NCBI GenBank assembly: GCA_958296135.2
Contig: CATQHZ020000001.1
Span: forward strand, 2,560,001 to 2,624,000
Source: an uncultured Poribacteria bacterium
GTDB lineage: Bacteria > Poribacteria > WGA-4E > WGA-3G
Direction of reading: 5' to 3'
DNA length: 64,000 bases
The notes under the pieces were generated by a model. That model was not told the origin of the DNA and did not search any database. It worked only from the letters and a program-made list of their open reading frames with translations. This document shows positions 30,322 to 40,105 of the stretch, one piece after another (within the stretch, counting starts at the first letter, position 1; every line of letters begins with the position of its first letter). The position numbers and the translations under genes are program-made.

Positions 30322-30816
30322 GTGGCATCAGCACAAAACATCGTTAACGAACTGAAAGAACGTGGCATCACGCACGCCGTAGGCGTTCCGGACAATGGCA
30401 GCGCGCGGATATACGAACTTTTACGCGCGCAACCAGATATTGAAGTCATCACAGTTACCCGTGAAGGAGAAGCGTTCGCCATTGCATCGGGATTATATGT
30501 CGGCGGGAAGCAGCCTGTCATCATCATCCAAAACACCGGCTTTTTAGAATCCGGCGACGCGATTCGCGGCACTGTCGTCAACATGCAGGTGCCGGTGGTA
30601 GTCCTCATCGGGTATCGCGGGTATCACAATCGCAACACCGAGGGGCAGTGGGTAGACTCCGTCGCCACCTTCCTTGAGCCGACGTTGAAGGCGTGGAACT
30701 TGCCTTACGAAATGCTGGAGACAGACGCGGATATCGGGTGCATCCCACGCGCCTTTGCAAAGGCAGAGGCAACATCGCTCCCCGCCGCGGTGCTACTCAT
30801 CGGGCACGCGAGATAG
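30322..30816 (+). CDS. sulfopyruvate/phosphonopyruvate decarboxylase alpha-like (TPP N-terminal domain)
   Basis: GVPD, TREGEAFAIASG, QNTGF, IGYRG. Confidence 0.8.
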   Translation: MASAQNIVNELKERGITHAVGVPDNGSARIYELLRAQPDIEVITVTREGEAFAIASGLYVGGKQPVIIIQNTGFLESGDAIRGTVVNMQVPVVVLIGYRGYHNRNTEGQWVDSVATFLEPTLKAWNLPYEMLETDADIGCIPRAFAKAEATSLPAAVLLIGHAR

Positions 30817-30896
30817 AATAACACCCGTAGGGCGAGGGCTTGTCCCTCGCCGTGCCGCAAATTGCAAAAACCTGTCTGCATTCCCCAAAATATCAC

Positions 30897-30925
30897 TTGA
30901 CACTCGCAAACTTTCATGGTATACT
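30897..30925 (+). promoter_or_regulatory. sigma70 promoter
   Basis: TTGACA-17 bp-TATACT. Confidence 0.7.
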
Positions 30926-30960
30926 ACCCTTAACTAACATAAATGAAGGAGAAATCTGTT

Positions 30961-31824
30961 ATGAATACGTTTATCGCGGAAATGCTGCCGGGCATTGTCA
31001 CATCCCTGATTGCGACCGGAGTCGCCTTACTCGCATCATGGCTGTGGAGCCGAAAACGAAAACAGGACGAGCTCTCCAATCGGCTAGACCGGATGGAGAA
31101 TTCACAACGGAATTTCGCCGAGCGGATAGAGGCGGCATTTCAAAATCTGCGGGCCGAGCTCTCCAATCGGCTAGACCGGATGGAGAATTCGCAGCGAAAT
31201 TCTATCGAGCGGCTGGAGGCTTCGCAACAGAATCTAGCCGAGCAAATGGAGACTTTGAACCGCAATCTTACTGGGCGGCTTGACAACGTCGAAAAAAGCC
31301 TAGAAGTCAATTTTGAAGTCCTCTCCGACAAATTTGACACCCTCTCCGAAAAGTTCGACAACCTGGCCAAGGAAGTCAAACTGTTCAAAAGGGAGGTGGT
31401 GGCAAAATTCGATGCACTGTCCGCCAGTGTTGCCGCAACGAAAGTGGCACTTGAAGCCAAATTCGAGGCGTTGTCCATCACCGTCGCCCTCTCCAAAAAG
31501 GAACTTGAGGGAAAATTTGACCAGCTGGCCGCAGATGTCGCCCTCTTTCAAACGGAGATGGAACGCAAAATGGCAAACCTCGCGGGCAAATTTGACGCGC
31601 TATCCGCGGATGTCAACGTATCAAAAACGGAGATGGCGCAGAAACTCGCCGCCCTATCCGACAGCGTCGCCGAAACGAAAAAGGAGCTGGAAGCGAAAAT
31701 AGACGCACTCGCGGGCAAATTTGACGCGATGGCGTTGAGCGTCGCCGCAGCGCAGAAGGGACAAAAAAGTGAAAAAACACACCGTGCTCAGCAAGCCGCA
31801 ACGCGAGAATTCCGTGAAAAATAG
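30961..31824 (+). CDS. N-terminally anchored repetitive coiled-coil protein
   Basis: TM helix, ELSNRLDRMENSQRN x2, KFDAL-type repeats. Confidence 0.75.
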   Translation: MNTFIAEMLPGIVTSLIATGVALLASWLWSRKRKQDELSNRLDRMENSQRNFAERIEAAFQNLRAELSNRLDRMENSQRNSIERLEASQQNLAEQMETLNRNLTGRLDNVEKSLEVNFEVLSDKFDTLSEKFDNLAKEVKLFKREVVAKFDALSASVAATKVALEAKFEALSITVALSKKELEGKFDQLAADVALFQTEMERKMANLAGKFDALSADVNVSKTEMAQKLAALSDSVAETKKELEAKIDALAGKFDAMALSVAAAQKGQKSEKTHRAQQAATREFREK

Positions 31825-31852
31825 TACCCATGCCGCTATTGAAGAAGATAGA

Positions 31853-32539
31853 GTGAACACGGAATCCCAATCCCTGCTCAACTCCGTAAAGGAATGGTTC
31901 AACCGCCCCGAAGAACTCTCCCAACGCAGCAACGAAGCGGACAACGGACTCTCCAAAGCCGAACAGGCATTCGTTGATGCGCTCCCGGCAGGTAGCCGAT
32001 GCCTCGACATCGGCTGCGCAACGGGACGGCTCGTCTTTGCACTCGCAAAGCAAGGATATGCTCCCACCGGCATCGATGTCGCAGAAGAACAGATTGCGCA
32101 AGCACAACAATTCGCCCAACAACGCAACTGCAACGCAACGTTTCTGCGATACCAACCGCCGACATTGCCGTTCCCCGATGCCTCATTTGACGCGGCGTCC
32201 TTGGTGAAAACCTACTGCTATATCCCACACCGCGCAGCAAGAATCGCTTTTTTGTCAGAAATCGCACGAGTGCTAACGCCAAACGCATCTCTCTATCTGT
32301 CTCAGCAAATTCTCGACCCTTTCTGTGACAATTACGAACCCACTTACGATGACAACTACCATCAATTCGCTTCGGACTACGAGACGCTAGAGGCAGGTGA
32401 CAATTTCACACTCGGCACGCCGAATTACGTCCACTTCTTTTTGGCGGCAGACCTCGGGGAAGAAATAGCGGCATCACCGTTTCGGACAGTCGATGCATCT
32501 CGCGAAGGTGATTTGTTAGTGTCCGTTTTGCAGAAATAG
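31853..32539 (+). CDS. class I SAM-dependent methyltransferase
   Basis: LDIGCATGR, GID, LPFPDASFD, RVLTP. Confidence 0.88.
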   Translation: MNTESQSLLNSVKEWFNRPEELSQRSNEADNGLSKAEQAFVDALPAGSRCLDIGCATGRLVFALAKQGYAPTGIDVAEEQIAQAQQFAQQRNCNATFLRYQPPTLPFPDASFDAASLVKTYCYIPHRAARIAFLSEIARVLTPNASLYLSQQILDPFCDNYEPTYDDNYHQFASDYETLEAGDNFTLGTPNYVHFFLAADLGEEIAASPFRTVDASREGDLLVSVLQK

Positions 32540-32642
32540 AAAATACTGCCAGCGGATAGAGAAATTCATCCTGACAACTCTTGAATGCACAGTAAGGACA
32601 GATTTCCATAACTGTCCGTGTGCTTTGCCGTGCAGGTGGCTT

Positions 32643-33509
32643 TCAATAGAAAATCCGAACCGAAAAACGCGAACTTTGCGCCGCATAGAACCCGCTCACA
32701 AAAGCATAATCCAACGCGAGGTTGCCACCGTGATAGCCAAACCCGGCAGTGAGGCCGCGGGACACGCCTTCAGTAAATCGCCATCCCAACCGCACGGCGA
32801 ACGTGTTATCTCCTGAATTGAACCGATACTCGCCGCCGATTAAGGGATGCCCGTTCGCCATATCAACGGCGACTAAACCACCATCGCCCCTCAGCGCAAC
32901 GCCGACGCGCCATTCCCGCAAAAGTGATTCACTGTAACGTTCTACCGCCTCGCGCTCGTAAGCGACTTGCGATAGCAAATTCGGAAGCACCAGCCCGATT
33001 TTCACAGCACCTACGCGGATTTTTAACGCAGACTGCAGCCCGAAGTCTATCCCCCAACCCGCACCGATGCCTAGCGGCACCCCCGGCTCAAGATTAACCG
33101 AAGTCGAAAAGGACTTGACGTTAAACCCGACATACAGCGGAACCCGCGGCACACGCGCGGCAGCTGATAGCAAAACGATGCGTTCTTGCGATATACCCGC
33201 CGTATCGCTTGAACTCAGCACCGCCGCGCCTATCGTTTGGCCCAGCCGAATTGGGTGCGCCCAGCCGATAAAACTATAGCCGAGCAAGTCATAGAGTTCA
33301 ACGTAACTGAGCCCAATTTCGGGAGAGGACATCTGTGCCGCACCTGCCGGATTCCATAGCAGCGCGCTCGTATCGCGTGCCACCGCTGAATACGCGCCAC
33401 CCATACCCATCGCCCGCGCCGTCAACCCGATATTTTCAAACGCAGCACCCACTTCCATTTCGCAGAAAAATACAAAACCCATCAACGGAACAAGAAAGCG
33501 CGCCTTCAC
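32643..33509 (-). CDS. PorV/PorQ-like outer-membrane beta-barrel
   Basis: ARAMGMGGAYSAVARD...WNPAG; C-terminal LDYAF...aromatic end. Confidence 0.75.
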   Translation of the reverse strand: MKARFLVPLMGFVFFCEMEVGAAFENIGLTARAMGMGGAYSAVARDTSALLWNPAGAAQMSSPEIGLSYVELYDLLGYSFIGWAHPIRLGQTIGAAVLSSSDTAGISQERIVLLSAAARVPRVPLYVGFNVKSFSTSVNLEPGVPLGIGAGWGIDFGLQSALKIRVGAVKIGLVLPNLLSQVAYEREAVERYSESLLREWRVGVALRGDGGLVAVDMANGHPLIGGEYRFNSGDNTFAVRLGWRFTEGVSRGLTAGFGYHGGNLALDYAFVSGFYAAQSSRFSVRIFY

Positions 33510-33817
33510 CGTTTGTGAGGAATCGTTAAAAATAAAAAACGTTTTTGGCCTCCCCCTCAAGCCGTTTATATCCGCCAATTCTATCAAAAGAAACGGCAGC
33601 TGTCAACTTAAATTTCACCACTTTTCAACCAACGCACTCCCAAAATCGTCTAAAATAAAACGGAATGCAGAACGAACTCGGTAGGCGCGGTTTGAAACCG
33701 CGCCTACCGGTGCAGAATTATCACATTTGCGTTCCTGAAAATAAAAAACCTTGCTTAAACCTTAAAAGGTATGGTATCATATTTCTATCATCAAACGTGA
33801 GAAAAAGGAGAAAGCAA

Positions 33818-34615
33818 ATGCGCATATTGCGAATAGGATTGGCAAGTCTTATCGCCTCATGTTGGCTCATCGTGCCGCACAGCGGTGCAGACATTGACAG
33901 CAAAAATATCATGGGGATGTGGCTCTTTGACGAAGGCAAGGGCAACGTCGCCACTGATTCCTCTGACCAGGGTAACGATGGCGACATCCACGACGCGAAG
34001 TGGGTGAACGGCAAATTCGGAAAGGCTCTCGAATTCGACGGTGTCAGCAACTGGGTAGAGGTGCCGCATTCACCGACAGTCGGGTTTAAGGCGGGGACTT
34101 CTTTCACAATCACGCTCCATTTCAAGGGCAGCAAAGTCGGCGGCTCGCTCGTCGGCAAAAACTACGAGGATACCTCGCAGGCACTCCCGTGGTATCTACT
34201 CTGGGACGACGGGGCTAGCAACAAGGTAACCCTCTACCTACGCGATAGTGCTGGAACCAGTTTCCGGGCAGACGGCGCCACAGTTGTCGCTGACGAAAAG
34301 TGGCACTTCATCGTCGGAAGAGCGGACGCTAGCACCGGCATGGCATCCCTGTGGGTAGATGGCAAAATGGAAGGCGAAATCAAGTTCAACGAAAAAGAGG
34401 GATACGGCACAGCCGAAGGTGTCTTCCACATCGGGCGGCACTACGATAGGTATACCGCCGGCATCATTGACGATGTCGCGCTTTTCAACGTCGCCCTAGA
34501 CGAAGAAGACATGGAAACCGTCATGAACGAAGGTATCCAAACCGCTGCCGCCATCGAACCCGTCGACAAACTCACGACGACGTGGGGCAGAATCAAACGT
34601 GGGATGCAACGATGA
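33818..34615 (+). CDS. secreted LamG-like (jelly-roll) protein
   Basis: WLFDEGKG, GKFGKALEFDG, IDDVALFN; tail AIEPVDKLTTTWGRIK. Confidence 0.9.
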   Translation: MRILRIGLASLIASCWLIVPHSGADIDSKNIMGMWLFDEGKGNVATDSSDQGNDGDIHDAKWVNGKFGKALEFDGVSNWVEVPHSPTVGFKAGTSFTITLHFKGSKVGGSLVGKNYEDTSQALPWYLLWDDGASNKVTLYLRDSAGTSFRADGATVVADEKWHFIVGRADASTGMASLWVDGKMEGEIKFNEKEGYGTAEGVFHIGRHYDRYTAGIIDDVALFNVALDEEDMETVMNEGIQTAAAIEPVDKLTTTWGRIKRGMQR

Positions 34616-35379
34616 AACAGATACAAACCGTTACGCCTATTCTAACATCTCTGCAGGCGTTCCTGCAGAAATTGACGTGCCTCGCGCTGGCGATACTGTT
34701 GTTCGCCGGACTGAATTGCGCGACGACAAACCCTGTGAACGAAGAGGGCCGCGTGGAAACGACAACCACAGAAGCCGCCGTGCAACCGACTCCCGCATCC
34801 GAAACGAGTGAACCGGAACTTGAAGCGGCACAACTGCAGGAAGAACAGCCCGCACTTGAACCCGCACCGCAGCCGGCAGAAGAGGAGGTAGAAGAAGTCG
34901 CCGAGAAGTTGGAACCGGGCGAAGGGTTAAGCCTCGGTAGTCAAGCACCGGCGTTTGAATTACCCGATGGCGAAGGAAAATTGCACGCACTCAACGATTA
35001 CATCGGCGACCAGAAGGTGGTTTTGGTATTCTACCGGGGCGGCTGGTGACCTTTCTGCAGAACGCAACTCGGTGAGTTGCAGAATAATTACGCAGCCATC
35101 AAAGCCGCAGGCGCAGAACTCATCGCTATCAGTTCTGATGGAAAAGCCGCAACCCGAAACACCGCGCAGAACCACGGCATCGACTTCCCGCTGCTAGCCG
35201 ATGCAGAACGCGAGGTTATCGCCGCTTACAACGTCATTGACCCGGGCAACAATCGCATCGCGCGGCCGACAACCTATCTCCTCACGTCAGATGGAAAAAT
35301 CGGTTGGAAGTTCCTCGATGTCCGATTGGGGGGACGGGTGCCGCCAGCGAAGATTATTGAGGAATTAGGTAAACTCTGA
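34612..35379 (+). CDS. peroxiredoxin-like (AhpC/TSA) selenoprotein with UxxC motif
   Basis: ORFs 34582-35049 and 35077-35379 are one frame joined by TGA 35047 in FYRGGW-U-PFCRTQL. Confidence 0.85.
35053..35084 (+). promoter_or_regulatory. bacterial SECIS-like hairpin
   Basis: GCAACTC-GGT-GAGTTGC stem-loop whose loop lies ~21 nt after the UGA. Confidence 0.75.
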
Positions 35380-35512
35380 GAGCCGCGCCTCACCTCTGTA
35401 GTTTGAGCTCACCTGAAACTCTGACACCTGTGCCAAGTGAGCTCAAACGGGCCCGGACGGATGAAGATTCAGAAAAGAAACGGGGAATTTTGACTGACCG
35501 GCGGTATCAATT

Positions 35513-36631
35513 ATGAAAACAGACGACTCGGTTATTGCAAACATTCTTGCGGACAGCCAAGAAGCGGCCTGCCACCGAAACACACTAGACCGGCGGCAAT
35601 TTCTAACGCGGCTTGGCACCATCGGCGGAGGCGTTGCACTCAGCACGCTCCCGGCATTCGCGCAAATCGGCGGGCAGCAAATCGTGCCCGAACTCGGAGA
35701 AGCACAACCGTCCACACGCGTTGTGGAAGCCATCGGCAAAGAAGTCTGGGACGGCGAACGGCTCAATGACGCTATCGTCAGCGAGCTGCTCGATCAGGCG
35801 ATGATGAAACTGACAGGACGCGACTCCGCCAAAGAGGCATGGCGCGCCATCGTGCTTCCCGACGACATCGTCGGCATCAAAATCAATCCCCTCGGCGGGC
35901 CCGAACTCAGCACGCATTCCATCATCGTCGATAAAATTATTGAGGGGCTCTACGGCGCAGGCGTTCTCCGGAAACAGGTAATCATCTGGGACCGGTTTGA
36001 GAACCATCTGCTCAACGCTGGCTACCCGATAACGCCGGAGGAAGACGATGTTCGCATCATTGCCTCGGATACCGAGGAAATCGGCTACGACGACAAGGTA
36101 TTCTATGAATCCGAAAAGGATAGCTTCTCCCGCCGCGAAAACGGCAGCACCCGTTCCCGATACTCCCGCATCGTCACGCAGATGGTAGATGTGCTGATCA
36201 ATGTGCCGGTCTTGAAGCACCACGCAATAGCAGGCGTGAGCGGATGCCTCAAAAATCTCGCCTTCGGCAGCGTTGACAACACGCGTCGATTCCACGCGAA
36301 GCCCATCCACTGCGACCCTGCTGTCGGTGAAATTCTGCAACACAGCGCACTGAAGGAGAAACTCGTCCTGAACATCGTTGATGGGCTCGTCGCTTCCTTC
36401 GACCACGGGCCGACATACCACGCCGACAGCACGTGGCAATTCAACAGCCTCTTCGTCAGCGCAGACCCGGTTATTTTGGATGTGCTAGTGCTTCAGACAG
36501 TCAACCAGAAGCGCGAAGAGATGGAATTGAAATCGGTTTCCAAATTGGCCAACTATATCAACACTGCTAGCAGCCTGGGACTCGGCACAAACACGCTGGA
36601 GCAGGTCGATCTTCAGCAAGTGGAGGTTTAA
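35513..36631 (+). CDS. Tat-exported DUF362 protein
   Basis: RRQFL Tat motif, VGIKIN, INVPVLKHH, LKNL, DPV. Confidence 0.85.
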   Translation: MKTDDSVIANILADSQEAACHRNTLDRRQFLTRLGTIGGGVALSTLPAFAQIGGQQIVPELGEAQPSTRVVEAIGKEVWDGERLNDAIVSELLDQAMMKLTGRDSAKEAWRAIVLPDDIVGIKINPLGGPELSTHSIIVDKIIEGLYGAGVLRKQVIIWDRFENHLLNAGYPITPEEDDVRIIASDTEEIGYDDKVFYESEKDSFSRRENGSTRSRYSRIVTQMVDVLINVPVLKHHAIAGVSGCLKNLAFGSVDNTRRFHAKPIHCDPAVGEILQHSALKEKLVLNIVDGLVASFDHGPTYHADSTWQFNSLFVSADPVILDVLVLQTVNQKREEMELKSVSKLANYINTASSLGLGTNTLEQVDLQQVEV

Positions 36632-36633
36632 CC

Positions 36634-36945
36634 ATGTTTTTATATTCGCGCAAAGCGTTCGGTATAGGTTGTCTTGGTAGGCTGCCTTCCTCTGCGTCTC
36701 GGCTTACGCGGGGGCTTCCGATAGCTATCACCCTATTGGCTCTTCTCTGCATCGCGGCGGTATTCTCCGGATGCACAGTCACCTTTACGCAAAACAACGC
36801 GCTCCAATTGGGCATCTCACAGCCGACAGCGGAAGTGACGCAGCTCGTCTCCGAATTTGAGGCAGGCGAAGAAAATAGCGTCGCCGGGGATGTTACACAG
36901 AAAACAGGTAGTGTGTGCGCGGGCGGCGCGTGTATTATCTATTGA
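36634..36945 (+). CDS. small lipoprotein-like protein ending CAGGACIIY
   Basis: RBS GGAGG, hydrophobic segment with FSGC lipobox. Confidence 0.55.
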   Translation: MFLYSRKAFGIGCLGRLPSSASRLTRGLPIAITLLALLCIAAVFSGCTVTFTQNNALQLGISQPTAEVTQLVSEFEAGEENSVAGDVTQKTGSVCAGGACIIY

Positions 36946-36947
36946 AG

Positions 36948-37187
36948 TCAACTAGGGCATTCCCAAGGTAGCCCTATTGAAAGGACACGTCGCCCAAGCA
37001 TGTCTCTTGACGCGCCGTTGTCTGAACAAAGGTCCAGTTCGTGAATCTCATGTGCAAAATTGGCACGGTAGACTCGGCAGGCAGCTTTCCAATTATCCAC
37101 CGCCGCGATGGGTTCAAACCCGGCGTTTTGGAATCCGAGCGTCATCCCACCACATCCGGCAAAGAGGTCGATGAATTTTAGAGGCAT
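36948..37187 (-). pseudogene. truncated C5 DNA cytosine methyltransferase
   Basis: IDLFAGCGG motif I present; ends at ~80 aa with no intact PPC motif. Confidence 0.75.
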
Positions 37188-37362
37188 TGCTGTTCCCTTT
37201 TGCGCGGAGCCAAGGATTCGCAGCCCTGTTCTTTCTCCACGCAGCCGCTTGCGTGAAGTCCTTATACCATTAGTTGCAGCACAGGCAGATCTTCGGGTGG
37301 TGCAGGAAATACGGATTTCTGCTGCACCACCCGAAAAATCCACCCGCAACCTCGTGACGACG

Positions 37363-37950
37363 CTAACGCGACTTCATCTGTCCCCACGTCGTCGTTAAAT
37401 TCCCCTCCGGATCTACCGGCAGGGCCCCTTCTTCAACGAAGATAGTCCACATAATCACCGGATCGCCGATTACCTCGTCGATACCAAGCAACTCCACCGC
37501 TCCTTCAAACGGTTCATTGGATTTGTAGATAAAATACTCCGTCGGATCGTGCGGTGCATCGAGGAATAACGTTTCCCCAGTATCGGTATAGGCTTTCGTA
37601 AACCAACCCTTCGGGTCTTGCCCACGTTCTTCCGGGCGTTTATGTCGACTGTCCCAAGCCGTGTAGACATACACCGGCCGATCGGTCTTAAACGTCAACT
37701 TGTAGTCCTGTCCGCCAGGACAATCTGCTGACGTGGAGACCTGGGTTAAGCCGAGGAACTCCTTCGGGATATTCGTAATCGTATAGTCCCGGTCGTGGAA
37801 GAATTTGCCGCCTTCTTCCAATTCCACGGCAGCATAGATGCCACCCTTGTTGTCCTCAATGTCAGTCACTTTCACCTGTTCCGCGAAAACGGTGAACAAA
37901 GTGACAGCCATCAAGGCGAGCGTCCAAACAGCAATCATTTTCATTTTCAT
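37363..37950 (-). CDS. secreted hypothetical protein with TTTWG tail
   Basis: Signal peptide; C-terminus PVDPEGNLTTTWGQMKSR. Confidence 0.85.
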   Translation of the reverse strand: MKMKMIAVWTLALMAVTLFTVFAEQVKVTDIEDNKGGIYAAVELEEGGKFFHDRDYTITNIPKEFLGLTQVSTSADCPGGQDYKLTFKTDRPVYVYTAWDSRHKRPEERGQDPKGWFTKAYTDTGETLFLDAPHDPTEYFIYKSNEPFEGAVELLGIDEVIGDPVIMWTIFVEEGALPVDPEGNLTTTWGQMKSR

Positions 37951-38300
37951 ATCTCCTTTTACATAAATTAAGGATTAGACGCGGTCTACTGAGAACAATA
38001 CACATTTTATATCGCAACCAGGAGGGCGCGCCTACAAGACAGGACGATTGCGTTTTCGGTTTTCGGCGTTTTCCATCGTGAAAATCCGATGCCCCGGCCG
38101 CGTAAGTCCAAATCGCCGGATCTGGACCTGTTCGGGATTGGGCTGCGCCGCTGGAAACCCGAACGACAGACAGGGAGAACTGAATCGTTCTGCCTACAAG
38201 AAAAAACTAATTGAAAAAAAACGCAAATTATGCGATACTTAAAAGTGTATCACAAATTTGGACAAATGTCCACAACATTTTCATTCAGGAAGGAACCACT

Positions 38301-38600
38301 ATGGTTGAACACATCGTCCTACTCAAACTGAAATCAGGTATCACCGCTGTGCAGCTAGAGACGCTGTCCGACGCGCTGCACGGCATGGCTGACAAAATTC
38401 CCGGCATTGCATCGATAACCGCCGGCACGAACAACAGCCCGGAAGGCAAAAGTCAGGGATATAACTACGGCTTCATCGTCAGATTTACGGACGAAGCGGC
38501 GCGCGATGCATATCTGCCGCACCCTTTTCACCGTCAGGTGGCCGGCGAACACATTCGTCCGCTCGTTGAGGACGTTCTGGTTTTTGATTACACGGCTTAA
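38301..38600 (+). CDS. Dabb stress-responsive A/B barrel protein
   Basis: HIVLLKLK...IPGI...YLPHPFH...VFDY. Confidence 0.9.
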   Translation: MVEHIVLLKLKSGITAVQLETLSDALHGMADKIPGIASITAGTNNSPEGKSQGYNYGFIVRFTDEAARDAYLPHPFHRQVAGEHIRPLVEDVLVFDYTA

Positions 38601-38639
38601 TTCACCGCATTTATGTAAAGCACAAAGGAGGACAACTTA

Positions 38640-40028
38640 ATGAACTGGAACATTGTCGTCGTTGTTTCAGACACGCTTCGCACGGCGTATCTCAGCCCTT
38701 ATGGCAACGATTGGATTCACACGCCGAATTTGGCGCGGTTCGCCGAACAGAGCGTCCGATTTACCAACGCACACCCAGAATGCCTGCCGACGATTCCGAC
38801 GCGCCGCACCTTACATACCGGCAGACGCGCCTTCCCTTTCAGCACTTATACACCGGTGCCATGGGACAACGTTTATACCCCCGGCTGGCAACCGATGTCA
38901 TCCGAGGAACCCGCCATCGCCGAATCGCTCGCTCGGGACGGATATCACACCGGTTTCTTCGCCGATGTACCGCATTACTTCGTCCCAGGGATGAACTTCA
39001 CGCGCGGGTTCCGGCAATGGGAATTCGTGCGCGGCCAAGCCGAAGACCGGTACCGCGGGGCAGCACACGCAGACCCGGCCTTGCTCTCGCGCTACCGCGG
39101 CAATCCGGAACGCATCCGCGCGCACATTGTCAACGTCCAACCCGAACGCCCAGAGGAGATGTGGCCCGCCGCACGGCTGTTCCGTTCGGCCATTGAGTTC
39201 GTTGAGCATAACTATCAGAACACGCCGTTTTACCTCTACGTTGACGGATTCACGCCGCACGAAACGTGGGAAGCACCGCTGCACTACTATGATTTGTATG
39301 GAAGCCGAGAGGACAGAGAACCCATCTGCCTCAACCTCCCCTACGGTTCACTCAACGATGAAGAACTCACGGCGCGCCTGCCCAGCGTCAAAGCAAATTA
39401 CGCGGGTTTGGTCACCCTCGTCGATACGTGGTTCGGTAAACTTGTTGATACGATAGACAGACTCGGTTTGCGGGAAAACACACTCATCTTCTTCCTCAGC
39501 GACCACGGTACCAACTTCGCCGAGAATCCGGACAAAGCCACCGGTAAACCCGCTAACTTTATGTATCCGGGCACGATGGATATCCCGATGATTGCCCGCC
39601 ATCCCGCCGGTGACAACGCTGGCACGACATGCGATGAATTTGTCTACACGCTCGATGTCCCTGCCACCGTAATAGCGGCGAGTGGTGTCACCCCTACCGG
39701 CGAAATTGAGGGGCAAAGCTTACTGCCGCTCATGGAAGGAAAAAGCGGCTTTGAATCGCGCGAATACCTCACCTGCCGGTATGTCAACTCTGTCTGGTAT
39801 AAAGACCGGCGAAGTTGGTATTTCTCCAGCGTTGATCTCCAGCAAGACACCCGTCTGTTCGATCTGGAGACAGACATCGCGTGTCAATACAACATTGCGG
39901 CGCAAGGCGCAGATCGGATTGCCCTCGCGCAGGAACGTATCTTAGCCGATGCAGGTGGACATCTGCCGCACTACAAACGCCAAGGCAGAACGGATGCCCT
40001 CGGCCGGCCGCAGTTTGCAGAAGCGTAA
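38640..40028 (+). CDS. sulfatase-like alkaline phosphatase superfamily hydrolase
   Basis: SDTLR, TPNL, TIPTRR.LHTG, PHE, SDHG. Confidence 0.88.
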   Translation: MNWNIVVVVSDTLRTAYLSPYGNDWIHTPNLARFAEQSVRFTNAHPECLPTIPTRRTLHTGRRAFPFSTYTPVPWDNVYTPGWQPMSSEEPAIAESLARDGYHTGFFADVPHYFVPGMNFTRGFRQWEFVRGQAEDRYRGAAHADPALLSRYRGNPERIRAHIVNVQPERPEEMWPAARLFRSAIEFVEHNYQNTPFYLYVDGFTPHETWEAPLHYYDLYGSREDREPICLNLPYGSLNDEELTARLPSVKANYAGLVTLVDTWFGKLVDTIDRLGLRENTLIFFLSDHGTNFAENPDKATGKPANFMYPGTMDIPMIARHPAGDNAGTTCDEFVYTLDVPATVIAASGVTPTGEIEGQSLLPLMEGKSGFESREYLTCRYVNSVWYKDRRSWYFSSVDLQQDTRLFDLETDIACQYNIAAQGADRIALAQERILADAGGHLPHYKRQGRTDALGRPQFAEA

Positions 40029-40105
40029 CTGCCTATCCGTTGAGCCGGGAACCCTGTCTGTCGCGATGCAAGAACCGCCACTTATTCCCGTAGGGCGAGG
40101 GCCCT

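Noticed and set aside
36634-36945. RiPP precursor (CAGGAC core)
   Set aside because: Lipoprotein-like signal and no modifying enzymes nearby
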